A DNA stretch of 64,000 bases from Acidobacteriota bacterium (GTDB taxonomy: Bacteria > Acidobacteriota > UBA6911 > RPQK01 > JAJDTT01), in NCBI GenBank assembly GCA_965263035.1, contig OZ253580.1, positions 2,496,001 through 2,560,000 on the forward strand, written 5' to 3'. Below the pieces are notes generated by a model, which was given only the letters and a program-made list of their open reading frames with translations, was not told where the DNA came from and made no database searches. How positions within the stretch are numbered: position 1 is the first letter of the stretch; each line of letters begins with the position of its first letter. Positions 9,888 through 18,768 of this stretch are shown piece after piece. Made by a program: the position numbers and the translations under genes.

Positions 9888-11363
9888 CTACGGGATTCCG
9901 ATTCGAGCGACCAGTACATCTCCCAAGATGACTCGCGGTTCCATGGGCGACCGGCGGATCTTGCGCCGGTTGTAGACCACGGCGACCTCGTTCTCGCCGG
10001 AGCGGACCAATCGGGGGTATAGATGCTCGAAACCCTTTTTTGGCGCACTAATTTTCATCAACTCCGAGAAGCCGGACTCCAACTCCCCGCTCCAGGCCAG
10101 ATAAATCTCGGGCGATGCTCCGATCGCTCCTTTGGAATAGGCGACCAGGCATCCCCCTCGCCAAGGTAGAAGGTCGAATCCGTAATAGAACCTGCCGGGT
10201 CCATGGTCCCCCGCCAGAGAGTCTCTCTCCCCTTCCGCGGACCTCCATCCCTTTGCGGCCGAAAAAAGACGATAGGAGAGTCGGCGATGGGTCTGGCCCC
10301 AATCTTCTCGTGACTCGAACCAGCCGGCGAGGAGCCCGTCGTTGACGGGTTGGAGGGAGGACCGGACCGACAACGCCCTCCGGTCGAAAATAACCTGATC
10401 CTCGTTCCAGGTGGCGCCGCCGTCCGGCGAATGGTCGAAGTAGAGTGTCGTCCGATCGCCCTTCACGACGTGCCAAGCGACGTAAATCGAATCTTCACTC
10501 ACCGCCAACCTGGGCCCCTGACAGCTCATGGAAGGATCGTCGTTGACACGGACGGGTACGGACCAGGAGAAATCTCCTTTGGATCTGCTGAAGACGACCG
10601 CTCGCCGTCCGGCCGTCCGGTCAATCCAAACCAGGCATGCCCCGCCGCCCGGTCCAACGGCCACCTGGGGTGATGCCGTTCCCCCTCGCTTCCGGGCCTC
10701 CGGGAAATTGACGTCCACCGGGCGCCATTCCTCTCCGCCGTCGTTGCTCTGAAACAGATGGATGCGTTCCCGTTCTTCGGGGTAGCCATTGGAAACGGCC
10801 AGATTCAAGTTGCCCCGTCCGTCGCCCATCAACTGGGGGCGCCGGGCCAGGACCGTCCCCACCGCGAATTGGCGCGGCGGCGTCCAGGAAGTTCCTCCAT
10901 CCTCCGATCGCCGATATCCGACCCGGAGCTCGCTTCTCTGCTTTCTCTGCTTCCTGCGTTCATTTCCGACCCAAGAGAAGTGAATCACGCCAGATCGGCC
11001 GTGGACCCACACCGCCGGGGATCGCTCGAGGGCGGGACTCTCCGCAATGGCAGCGGGTGAACCCCAGCGATCCTCCGAGCGAACGTAGCGGGAAACGTAG
11101 ACATCCGTATCCTTGTTTGGATTCGCATCGCGAACGGCGGTAAATCCGAGAAACAGGTCTCCGCCTGGAACAGCTTTCAACTGATTGTAGGAAAAGACGG
11201 TCTCGACGAATGCCTGGATTCCCGGCGGGTTGACCTGGAGCCGCGACAACTGCCGCCACTCGGCCGGGGCCGCACCCATACTCTGCACAGGCGCCGCAAC
11301 GACAGCCAAGAGAACAGCGGCACCGGAAAATATCCCTCCCAACTGTCCGTTCAGCGTAAACAA
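9888..11363 (-). CDS. Secreted Asp-box (BNR) beta-propeller / sialidase-family protein
   Basis: Asp boxes SEDGGTSW, SNDGGEEW, SPDGGATW. Likely TTG start at 11363 after AGGAG; the longer ORF start runs through a REP. Confidence 0.7.
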   Translation of the reverse strand: MFTLNGQLGGIFSGAAVLLAVVAAPVQSMGAAPAEWRQLSRLQVNPPGIQAFVETVFSYNQLKAVPGGDLFLGFTAVRDANPNKDTDVYVSRYVRSEDRWGSPAAIAESPALERSPAVWVHGRSGVIHFSWVGNERRKQRKQRSELRVGYRRSEDGGTSWTPPRQFAVGTVLARRPQLMGDGRGNLNLAVSNGYPEERERIHLFQSNDGGEEWRPVDVNFPEARKRGGTASPQVAVGPGGGACLVWIDRTAGRRAVVFSRSKGDFSWSVPVRVNDDPSMSCQGPRLAVSEDSIYVAWHVVKGDRTTLYFDHSPDGGATWNEDQVIFDRRALSVRSSLQPVNDGLLAGWFESREDWGQTHRRLSYRLFSAAKGWRSAEGERDSLAGDHGPGRFYYGFDLLPWRGGCLVAYSKGAIGASPEIYLAWSGELESGFSELMKISAPKKGFEHLYPRLVRSGENEVAVVYNRRKIRRSPMEPRVILGDVLVARIGIP

Positions 11364-11501
11364 TTCACAGAACTCCTGATTGAAGGTTGAAAACGACCGC
11401 CCTGCCGGCGACGACGTTTCCCATGCTCCGCTCGGAGTTCGGCGGTTGGAAACCGCCGCTCCCAGCCGATGATCTGTCTCCGGGCTGCGGCCATTCAGGA
11501 T

Positions 11502-11527
11502 AGATGCCACACTTTGGGAAGGGTTGC
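11502..11527 (-). promoter_or_regulatory. Putative ECF-sigma promoter
   Basis: GCAACCCT-N12-GCATCT upstream of the Asp-box gene; same motif and spacing elsewhere in the window. Confidence 0.5.
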
Positions 11528-11560
11528 AATTCGACAGGAGTGGGGGACGCTGGATTGGAC

Positions 11561-11599
11561 CAAAAGAGAAAGGGGGGAGCCCGGCATGGGCTCCCCCCT
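11561..11599 (-). terminator. Rho-independent terminator
   Basis: aggggggagccc-ggcat-gggctcccccct, followed by TTCTCTTTT on the minus strand. Confidence 0.8.
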
Positions 11600-11666
11600 G
11601 GTTTGTCTCGAACCGCCGGTCTCACCTCGTTCAGGGAGAGACGATCCTTGCTAGATGCAACTCAAC

Positions 11667-13349
11667 CTAGTTGTCGGTGTCATCCGGAGACGGAGGCGAC
11701 TTCAGCGTCCAGGAGGCCGCGAAACTCGACGTCGGGTTGACGAACTTCAAAATGGCCCGTCCCGTGGTGACGAATGTCCGGCTTGAGTCTGCCTCCTCCA
11801 CGATCAGCGTGCCGCCCGTGTAGGTCCGATCGTCCACAGAGGGAATGCCATCCGGTTGCTCGAAGGCTTCAAGATTCCCGGGATCTCCGTCTCCATAACT
11901 CTCTTCGCACTCCAAGCTGCCGCGCGCGAATTTTATCCACCCCGGCGAGCCGTTCATCATGGGTTCCATGCCGCCGTCATCCAGACCCGTAAAGTCGCCA
12001 TAGCCTGCGGTCGCCTCGGGAACGAGGCTCGTCAGATTGCTCAGCTTCCAAGGCCCTTCCATCGGGGTTCCATCACAATCGCTGGCATTGGTCATGACAT
12101 TGATGCCGTTGACGATGATCTTGGTGCTCACCATATCCTCGTCGGGATCTTCAGTGCCACCGCCGACAATACCGGAATCGGCTTCGCTAGACATCATCTC
12201 CAATTGGTTACCCATGGCGTCCATGAGCGTGACATCGATCGCCGTCATGGCGGGAATCAAACTGTACTCGCCTGGTCCCCCCATCTCATCCGCCACGGAC
12301 AGAAACTGCACGATCTGTGTGGATTCACCACTTACACCGCTAAGAGATGGCAACACCATGGCCCCGCTGGCCGCCATGATGGTTCTGTAGGTGCGATCGC
12401 CAGTTTCGATCAGGCCATCGCCAGCCTCATTGTCGGTGCCTACTTGATAGCCAGTTGGAGCAGCGACCGCCTCTCCCGTTAGATTCACCCCCATACCAGC
12501 GGCGTCCTTTTCGGCCAAGTAGGCCGCCATCGGGTCACCGTCCAGAACCTGGTAGTCCACGTTGACCATCTCAACGTTGTCCCTGTTGTTGACCACAGGC
12601 CGGACTACCGGCGTGCCGCCCCAGGACAAGGTCTGGTCGGGTCCGCCCACGTCGGTGCCAGACAGAGCCTCGGTGAAATGACCGGTCAGGTGGTTGAATG
12701 AGATGACCTCAGCTTCGCTGACGCCCCAATCCGCGACGTTGGCGGAAGTTACGTCTTCATCGCTACACGCCTCGATTTCACCGTCTTCGTCGGGATTGAT
12801 GAGCATGAGGTTGTTGTCGGCGTTGTCGCCGTCTTCCGTAGCGGAGCCCGCAGAAGTCTTAAGGACACCGCAAGCGTCGATGTTGCTCATCCCATGCATA
12901 TCCTCAGCCAGGGACTCCGGGAAAAGGGCGTTCGCCGTCTCGCCGGTGTTGGGGTTGTCGTCAACCATCACCTGTGCAGCGACCGCGGTGACGGCAATCA
13001 CAAAATGGCCGTTACCCATTTTCCCGCTTCCCATGATTTCGTCACCTGTGTTCATCATGGTTCCCGGAATCATGTGGTCAAACGGGTCGACCAGAACGCT
13101 GGATGCGCCGGGGACCACTCTCAGGTAATAGAGAGCCAACTCCATATCGTTGTTGTAGTACTGAATCAACAACGTGACCGCGTTACCATCAGGTTGCGCG
13201 TTCACAACAGAGATGTAGTTCGTATGGGCCATGCTGCTCTGAAAGATCAACTGCGAGCCCTTGTCGGCGGCGAAGGCCGGATCCGCGACCATAGTGACCG
13301 CGAGAATCGGGATCGCGCCCAGAACCAATAGTTTCAACCATCCCTTCAT
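11667..13349 (-). CDS. Secreted acidic hypothetical protein (560 aa), possible surface-layer component
   Basis: Signal peptide MKGWLKLLVLG...AFA, GAAGGAGG RBS, own terminator, D/E/G/M-rich composition. Confidence 0.85.
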   Translation of the reverse strand: MKGWLKLLVLGAIPILAVTMVADPAFAADKGSQLIFQSSMAHTNYISVVNAQPDGNAVTLLIQYYNNDMELALYYLRVVPGASSVLVDPFDHMIPGTMMNTGDEIMGSGKMGNGHFVIAVTAVAAQVMVDDNPNTGETANALFPESLAEDMHGMSNIDACGVLKTSAGSATEDGDNADNNLMLINPDEDGEIEACSDEDVTSANVADWGVSEAEVISFNHLTGHFTEALSGTDVGGPDQTLSWGGTPVVRPVVNNRDNVEMVNVDYQVLDGDPMAAYLAEKDAAGMGVNLTGEAVAAPTGYQVGTDNEAGDGLIETGDRTYRTIMAASGAMVLPSLSGVSGESTQIVQFLSVADEMGGPGEYSLIPAMTAIDVTLMDAMGNQLEMMSSEADSGIVGGGTEDPDEDMVSTKIIVNGINVMTNASDCDGTPMEGPWKLSNLTSLVPEATAGYGDFTGLDDGGMEPMMNGSPGWIKFARGSLECEESYGDGDPGNLEAFEQPDGIPSVDDRTYTGGTLIVEEADSSRTFVTTGRAILKFVNPTSSFAASWTLKSPPSPDDTDN

Positions 13350-13525
13350 TGGAAAGTCCTCCTTCGAATAAGTTTACAAATCCCCTGAAAACAGAAAATA
13401 CCCGGAGCGGAGAATGTCCCGAGACTCCAACTCCGGGAAGGACGGAACCAAACTGCTGGTTCCCTCTTGACACACAAAACAAATTACGCTCACCAAACCC
13501 TCTCTCCGACAGTGCCGATTAGGAA

Positions 13526-13551
13526 AGATGCCGACCTCTTCGAAAAGTTGC
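13526..13551 (-). promoter_or_regulatory. Putative ECF-sigma promoter (copy 1 of tandem pair)
   Basis: GCAACTTT-N12-GCATCT. Confidence 0.6.
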
Positions 13552-13665
13552 GCTTTACTCCCGAGCGGCATGGTGATGGTTTGAAACGTTTCCTCAACTT
13601 CTCCACGAGTACAATCCCAACGAAAGGCGCCGGACAGGCACCTTTCCGACAGTGACGATTTGAAA

Positions 13666-13691
13666 AGATGCTGTCCCCTTCGAAAAGTTGC
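13666..13691 (-). promoter_or_regulatory. Putative ECF-sigma promoter (copy 2 of tandem pair)
   Basis: GCAACTTT-N12-GCATCT, within a ~50-bp imperfect direct repeat 140 bp from copy 1. Confidence 0.6.
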
Positions 13692-13780
13692 GTCCCGGGC
13701 GTGTGAAGAAAGGCCTTGGGGGCCCTCCGCCACACCGTCACGTATTAGTGACGGCGGAATTTGAGGCAATCCCGGGGCAA

Positions 13781-14249
13781 TGTCAAGAGGAGGAATGAAA
13801 GTTGTTTCGTTAGTACGTGATCTGTCCAGTCCCTTCAAGGCGAGGCCAGGATGAGCCTTTTCCCCACCGAGAGGAGGCGGGTATGGAGCCGTATCCGCCG
13901 CGCGCCGCGGAGCGGGCGATGAAGGTGCAGGAAGTCGTCCTTCGAGCGATGAGTGGACAGTTCAACGGGATCCAGGCGGCCGAGATCATTGGCATGAGTC
14001 CCCCGCAGCATGCGGCGGCGGCGCTATGAGGAGTACGGCTACGACGGACTATACGATCGACGGCGGAAGCGCCCCTCGCCGAAGCGAGTCCCCGTGGCCA
14101 CGGTCGAGAAGTTGCTGCGGCTGAACCGGGAGAAGCATCGGGACTTCAAAGTGACGCATTTGGCGGAGAAGCTGCATTCGGAGGAAGGGATCGAACTGAG
14201 TCGCAATTGGACGATCTCCCACTTTCTAGCGGGTGGTGTCTATTATTAG
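13781..14249 (+). mobile_element. Truncated, frameshifted ISNCY/IS481-like (IS1202-type) transposase remnant with probable left end
   Basis: TGTCAAG end at 13781. From 13883, MEPYP..AMKVQEVVLRAM..QAAEIIG, then shifted to RRYEEYGYDGLYDRRR.PSPKRVP..HLAEKL. HTH region only; no DDE core. Confidence 0.75.
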
Positions 14250-14284
14250 TGACCGCCCGAATGCGGGGTGAAGGGGCAAGACGA

Positions 14285-14506
14285 ATGGAGACAGTCACGG
14301 AAGAAACCAAAGAGGCGATCCCCAGCGTCGACTTCGAGCAGATGGCGAGCACCCCCCAACCCAGCCTGGTCCGGGAGCTGTGGGACTTCCTGCGCTACAA
14401 CAAGAAGTGGTGGCTCACGCCCATTATTCTGGTCCTGCTGCTGGCGGGCTTGCTGGTTCTGCTGAGTCAATCGGCCGCGGCGCCCTTTGTCTACACGCTC
14501 TTTTAG
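14285..14506 (+). CDS. DUF5989 / SxtK-like small membrane protein
   Basis: ELWDFLRYNKKWWLTPIILVLLL...AAAPFVYTLF signature. Confidence 0.85.
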   Translation: METVTEETKEAIPSVDFEQMASTPQPSLVRELWDFLRYNKKWWLTPIILVLLLAGLLVLLSQSAAAPFVYTLF

Positions 14507-14673
14507 GCCGGACCGTTGCGGATTCTGCCGGGAATTCCCCCACCGGCTTCGGTCCCGCATAGTCCCGGCAGAAAAGGGGGGCGTGTGGGAGCGAGGGGTT
14601 GCAACTCTCGATGTCGGGGACGGGGATGTCGGGGACGGGGATGAAGAGGGGGGGGACAAGAAAGTCCCCCCTC

Positions 14674-15798
14674 CTATCCGGACTCGAGGATTCGCCGAAC
14701 CGTCTCGGCCAGGCGGCGGGCTATCAGTTCATTGCCCCGATCCCCCGGGTGAACATTGTCCAGGAAGACATCCTCCTTCACCTCATCGAAAACCGGGGTC
14801 AGGTCGAGGAACGAAAAACCCTCCTCGCGCAGGCTCCCCATCCGGTCTCGAATCTCTTGCGACGCGTGTTGGAAGTAGGCTTGACTCTGCCGGTTCAGAC
14901 GAGCCGATTCGCGGGGACTCAACTCTTTTCCGGTGGTGTAGAGCGAGGGTTGAAGGACAAAGAGATAGCGAGAGTCCCTCATGCGCAGGGCCACCGTGGC
15001 CAGTTGAACATTCTTCGCCAGGCGTGCAGCCACCACGGGAGGGTCCACGGGTCGATCTCCGGTCTTCTGCACGTCGACGAGGCCCCCGCGGCCCAAGAGA
15101 CGAAGTGCGGAATCGTTCAGCGACCAGAAAAAATGATCGTGGTAGGTCCTGAACCACATCACATCTCGTCCCATCTGTCCCCAGTGCACGTCGTTGAGAC
15201 CGGAGAAAGAGATCACCAGGTCCGGCTGCCATTCGGAGAGACGGTTTTCGATGAGGATTCTCTCGTGGGTGGAAGCCCAGGCGGGATTGGCCAGGGTATG
15301 GACCCGAAACCGTGGCTCCACCACACCGCGGTTGAGTTCCGCCTCGAGATACCCCCCGATGGTCCGATCTTGGGAAGGGGCTCCCGACCCGAAGGCCACA
15401 GAGCCTCCCGTGATGAAGATGCGCGCTACACCGGCTTGCTTCCGGGCAGGCAGCTCCCGGGTGGACCGAAACTGGCGGCGATTGATGGTGGCGTTGCCAC
15501 TGGTTCCCGGCCGGGGACCGGTCCCCACGAAGGGAGTGGGGACGTTCGGGACGGCCCAGGTGAAGCCCTCCATTGCCTCCAGGGCAGCCTCCGGTTCGTG
15601 GTAGGCCCGGGCCAGGTCCGGCCATTCTCCCGGGGGTATGAAACCACCCATGAGCTCCCTCCGCCAAGCCTCGCTCGCGGATCCCCGCAGGGATCGGAGT
15701 TCCAGGTAGGATCCGATCAGGATTCCTGTTCCCAGCAGGACTGCCGTCAAGAGGGTCGCAGCCAGCGCCAGCACCAATTTTATTCGGGAATCGTTCAC
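14674..15798 (-). CDS. SGNH/GDSL hydrolase family protein, N-terminal membrane anchor
   Basis: ITGGSVAFG, SGLND, DNVHP motifs. Confidence 0.85.
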   Translation of the reverse strand: MNDSRIKLVLALAATLLTAVLLGTGILIGSYLELRSLRGSASEAWRRELMGGFIPPGEWPDLARAYHEPEAALEAMEGFTWAVPNVPTPFVGTGPRPGTSGNATINRRQFRSTRELPARKQAGVARIFITGGSVAFGSGAPSQDRTIGGYLEAELNRGVVEPRFRVHTLANPAWASTHERILIENRLSEWQPDLVISFSGLNDVHWGQMGRDVMWFRTYHDHFFWSLNDSALRLLGRGGLVDVQKTGDRPVDPPVVAARLAKNVQLATVALRMRDSRYLFVLQPSLYTTGKELSPRESARLNRQSQAYFQHASQEIRDRMGSLREEGFSFLDLTPVFDEVKEDVFLDNVHPGDRGNELIARRLAETVRRILESG

Positions 15799-16364
15799 AG
15801 AGCGGAATTATGCAGCGAACCTGAGGCCGGTCACAAGGAGGGCGGGTTCGGTCGTGGACCAGTGCCAGGACCTGCGGGAGTCTACCAATGGCAAGCTTTT
15901 CAGTCCGGGGAGATCCTCACACTTCTCAGGAAGGACTTGTCCCCGCTGGTCAGCTCCAGCTGCATCTCGTTGCGCCTCTTGATCGAGGCCTTGGAGATTC
16001 TGCTCCGGTCCGGAAAAGCATGGGCCGTGTCCGCCAGCACGCCGAATTCCCATCCGCCGAACTCCGGTGGAGCCGGAGGAGGAGCAGGAAGGGAGGGACA
16101 AGACTGTCCCCCCTCCCAGCGTGAACGCGCCACGCTTCGCTATGGCAGGAAAGGTTCCCTGATATCCGGTCGCGCGGACGGCGTATATCTGCCGTCTTGC
16201 AGCTCCACAGCAAATCGTACCGATTAAGTCGGCCGAGACTTTCGGGTGAGGTCTGTGTCGACGACGCGTACAACCCCGCAAATTGCATGATCCACTGGGA
16301 ATAAATATTCGACCTTCCGTTTGAGGGTGGATTGCTCTGAAAAAGTTTAGGTGCACACGCCTCC

Positions 16365-16986
16365 ATGAAGAAATTATGGGTTCCATTGTTCGTTGTGCTG
16401 CTGTTGCCTGCCTCGTATTCGGTGCAGAGATCTGCCGAGCGGCTGGAGAACGCTCAACGCCCGCACGAGGATTCGATCCAGAGCCAGACTGAGGAGCCGG
16501 CAGAGACGATCCTCTACTTCCCCGACGACGTGGACGGGGGCGGATGGTCCGTGCAGTTGGCGCTCAGCAACGTCGAGGCAGACACGGGCGCCGAGGTCGT
16601 GGTTGAAGTCTACGACGCGGACAGCGGGCCGATCCTGGATCTGTTCGATTCCGAATCGGCGTTCGAGACCCCGTCGCTGGGCAGCCGGGTCCTGAGGAAC
16701 GCGGGCGCGGGGGGCAATCCGGCGCGGCTGGATCAAGTTCGAGTCCGATCCGGCGCCGGTCAGTGGGCTGTTGACCTGCCGGCAGGCTGAGACGGGAGTC
16801 GAGGTCAGCGTGAAACCGGTGGAGTTGGGAAGCCAGTTCGCCCTGTTCGTGGAGTAATCTTCGGTGGTCGGCGCCGGAGTGGCCATCTTCAAGCCGGACT
16901 CTTCCCCGAACTTCGAGCTCCGTATCCGCGACGAGGACGGGAACGACCCGTTGAACGGGGTGTTCATCCCCCGGGGAGAATTCCAC
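16365..16986 (+). pseudogene. Decayed secreted protein (paralog of the 18769 N-terminus), cut by a group II intron remnant
   Basis: MKKLWVPLFVVLLLPASYSVQ..LYFPDDVDGGGWSVQLALSN. Frameshift near 16710, in-frame TAA at 16855, ends at the intron fragment. Confidence 0.7.
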
Positions 16987-16987
16987 T

Positions 16988-17305
16988 GTCTCTCTCTTGT
17001 CCACATGCCACCGCCACTAACCCGGCGGAACCGGCCGGTGCTCACGTTGCTCGCGTCCCGACCGCTGGCAGCCATCGTGCGTTTCTCAGGCGGGTCGGCT
17101 TCCGCATTACCCGTTTCGAGGCCTGATCAGCATTCACATGTTGCAGCATGCGGACTCGCTGAGTCGCCCAAGGCGACCCTTTGACATCGGAGTGCTTCAG
17201 TCCATATCGTTGCCTCCATGAACCGCTCCGACTGCTACCGGCTGGAGCGACAGTTGCCGGGTGGGATTCGCACCCACTGAGAAACAGCGCCTTTGCACGG
17301 CGCAC
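16988..17305 (-). mobile_element. Group II intron 5' fragment (domain I), no RT ORF
   Basis: Starts GTGCGCCGTGCAAAGGCG..GGGTGCGAATCCCACCCGGCAACTGTCGCTCCAGCCGGTAGC. EBS1-like TGAGAA (17083-17088) is 5/6 complementary to the 5' exon end ATCTCA. Confidence 0.75.
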
Positions 17306-17337
17306 TGAGATATCCCGGCTAGATAGGCCGTAGTAGG

Positions 17338-17754
17338 ATGACACCCGTAGCAGTGAAGGGCCTGAAGCGAGTCCTGGTCGGCATCGCTAGCGCCGGAACC
17401 ATTTTCTGGGCCGCGATTCCCAGCCCCGATTCGACGGAGGACCGGCAGAAAGAATGTTTTCGACAGCGGATTGCTCGCCTTTCGTATACCTCTGTTGAGC
17501 CGGACATGACGACGATTGAAGTCAGGCCGCCGGAATGGGTCGATATCACATTCAAGGGCGAGACGGCCCGCATTCTCTACCTCAACAAAGAGAGCGCCCA
17601 CCGCGCCGCCTCCGTCGGGCTTCGCATGTGGCGCGACTGTGCCTATCTGACGCGCTATAAGCCGATCATTCGTGGCATGAAGCTCTACAACGATCGCGGT
17701 GACATACTCACCAGCTTTTACACTGGCTCGCAGGGCCAGCTCAACAGCCGGTGA
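17338..17754 (+). CDS. Hypothetical protein (138 aa) with N-terminal hydrophobic segment
   Basis: Protein-like composition, TAGG before ATG; no recognised motif. Confidence 0.55.
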   Translation: MTPVAVKGLKRVLVGIASAGTIFWAAIPSPDSTEDRQKECFRQRIARLSYTSVEPDMTTIEVRPPEWVDITFKGETARILYLNKESAHRAASVGLRMWRDCAYLTRYKPIIRGMKLYNDRGDILTSFYTGSQGQLNSR

Positions 17755-18094
17755 CCCTCCTACGGAAGAAAGACCCCTCACACAGCTGAACGGCGTCCGG
17801 TGGGGTGTGGAATGTGAGTTCCCGGAACGGCTGCAAGAAAGCCGTCGCCGCCTTTACCGTCGACGACAATGCGGCCGAGGTTCTCATTCATGCCGTCACA
17901 TATGCCGGGGCCGATTGGGTGGCACGGATGCCTGGAAGGCAAGATGACGAGTGAGAGAAGGGGGGCGGGGCGTCTTTTGGGGATTAAGAGTCCGGCGGTT
18001 GGAAACCGCCGCTCCACTCCGGAGTCGGCGGTTGGAAACCGCCGCTCCGCTACGGTCGCCAATTTGTGTGATTTGAGGTGTAGAGAACAACACA

Positions 18095-18295
18095 ATGGCA
18101 ACGAACTTTGGAATAGATCCTGATCTGCTCGACCAGGCCTTGGCGATCAGCGGAGAGAAGACCAAGAAGGCCACCGTCAACCGCGCGTTGCGGGAGTTCA
18201 TCGCGCGGCGGGGCCGGAAACGGTTGGTCGATCTGTTCGGAAGACTGGATTGGGATGGCGATTACGACTACAAGATCGAGCGCTCCCGCCGGTGA
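18095..18295 (+). CDS. vapB: VapB-family antitoxin
   Basis: MATNFGIDPDLLDQALAISGEKTKKATVNRALREFI..LFGRLDWD pattern; GTGA overlap with a PIN-toxin start. Confidence 0.85.
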   Translation: MATNFGIDPDLLDQALAISGEKTKKATVNRALREFIARRGRKRLVDLFGRLDWDGDYDYKIERSRR

Positions 18296-18357
18296 ACCGG
18301 TTCGTGGATACCGGTGTCTGGTCTCTGGCACTCAGACGGGATTCGCCGCCGGAGCGT
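18292..18357 (+). pseudogene. VapC (PIN) toxin N-terminal remnant
   Basis: GTG-start MNRFVDTGVWSLALRRDSPP, then replaced by a REP-variant doublet. Confidence 0.65.
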
Positions 18358-18459
18358 TCCGAGGGGCGGCGTGGGAGCGGGGGTTTGCAACCCCCGATTT
18401 CGGGTCGGTGTTGAAGAGGGGGACAAGGATGTCCCCCCTCCTGGTGTTGAAGAGATGGT

Positions 18460-18507
18460 TTTGCTATGGATAGAAAAAATGGCGCCATTTTTTCTATCCA
18501 TAGCAAA
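18460..18507. repeat. Perfect 48-bp AT-rich palindrome
   Basis: tttgctatggatagaaaaaatggc|gccattttttctatccatagcaaa. Confidence 0.95.
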
Positions 18508-18768
18508 TAATTCCCATTTCCGCATCGATCGAGCCAAGATCATTCGCCGATTCGCGCAGGAACGGGAGCGTAAGGAACAAGGGGTCGGCTGATCGGAAAA
18601 TCCCCGCTGCTGCTTTCTTGCGATCTTGGATCTCTCCTTTTGTTCCTTGTGTGTTTTGTCTGGACGATGGGTGAACTCCCGTAAATCGAATGATCGGCCA
18701 ACCCAAAGTTCTCCTCATGGCTTCGGGGGCGTTGGTTCCCGCGTGAACGATTGGATGCCTTGATTGCC

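Noticed and set aside
13743-14280. TATTAGTGAC and GGGGCAA on both sides of the IS remnant as a long target duplication
   Set aside because: The intervening bases do not align and no right IS end is recognisable; the right-hand sequence may be the end of another element.
15800-16060. Protein-like stretch (..SFLRSVRISPD*KACHW*) upstream of the SGNH gene
   Set aside because: May be a decayed gene tail, but no family can be assigned.
17755-17830. PLTQLNGVRWGVECEF resembling an IS701 transposase segment
   Set aside because: Too short and too divergent to support.
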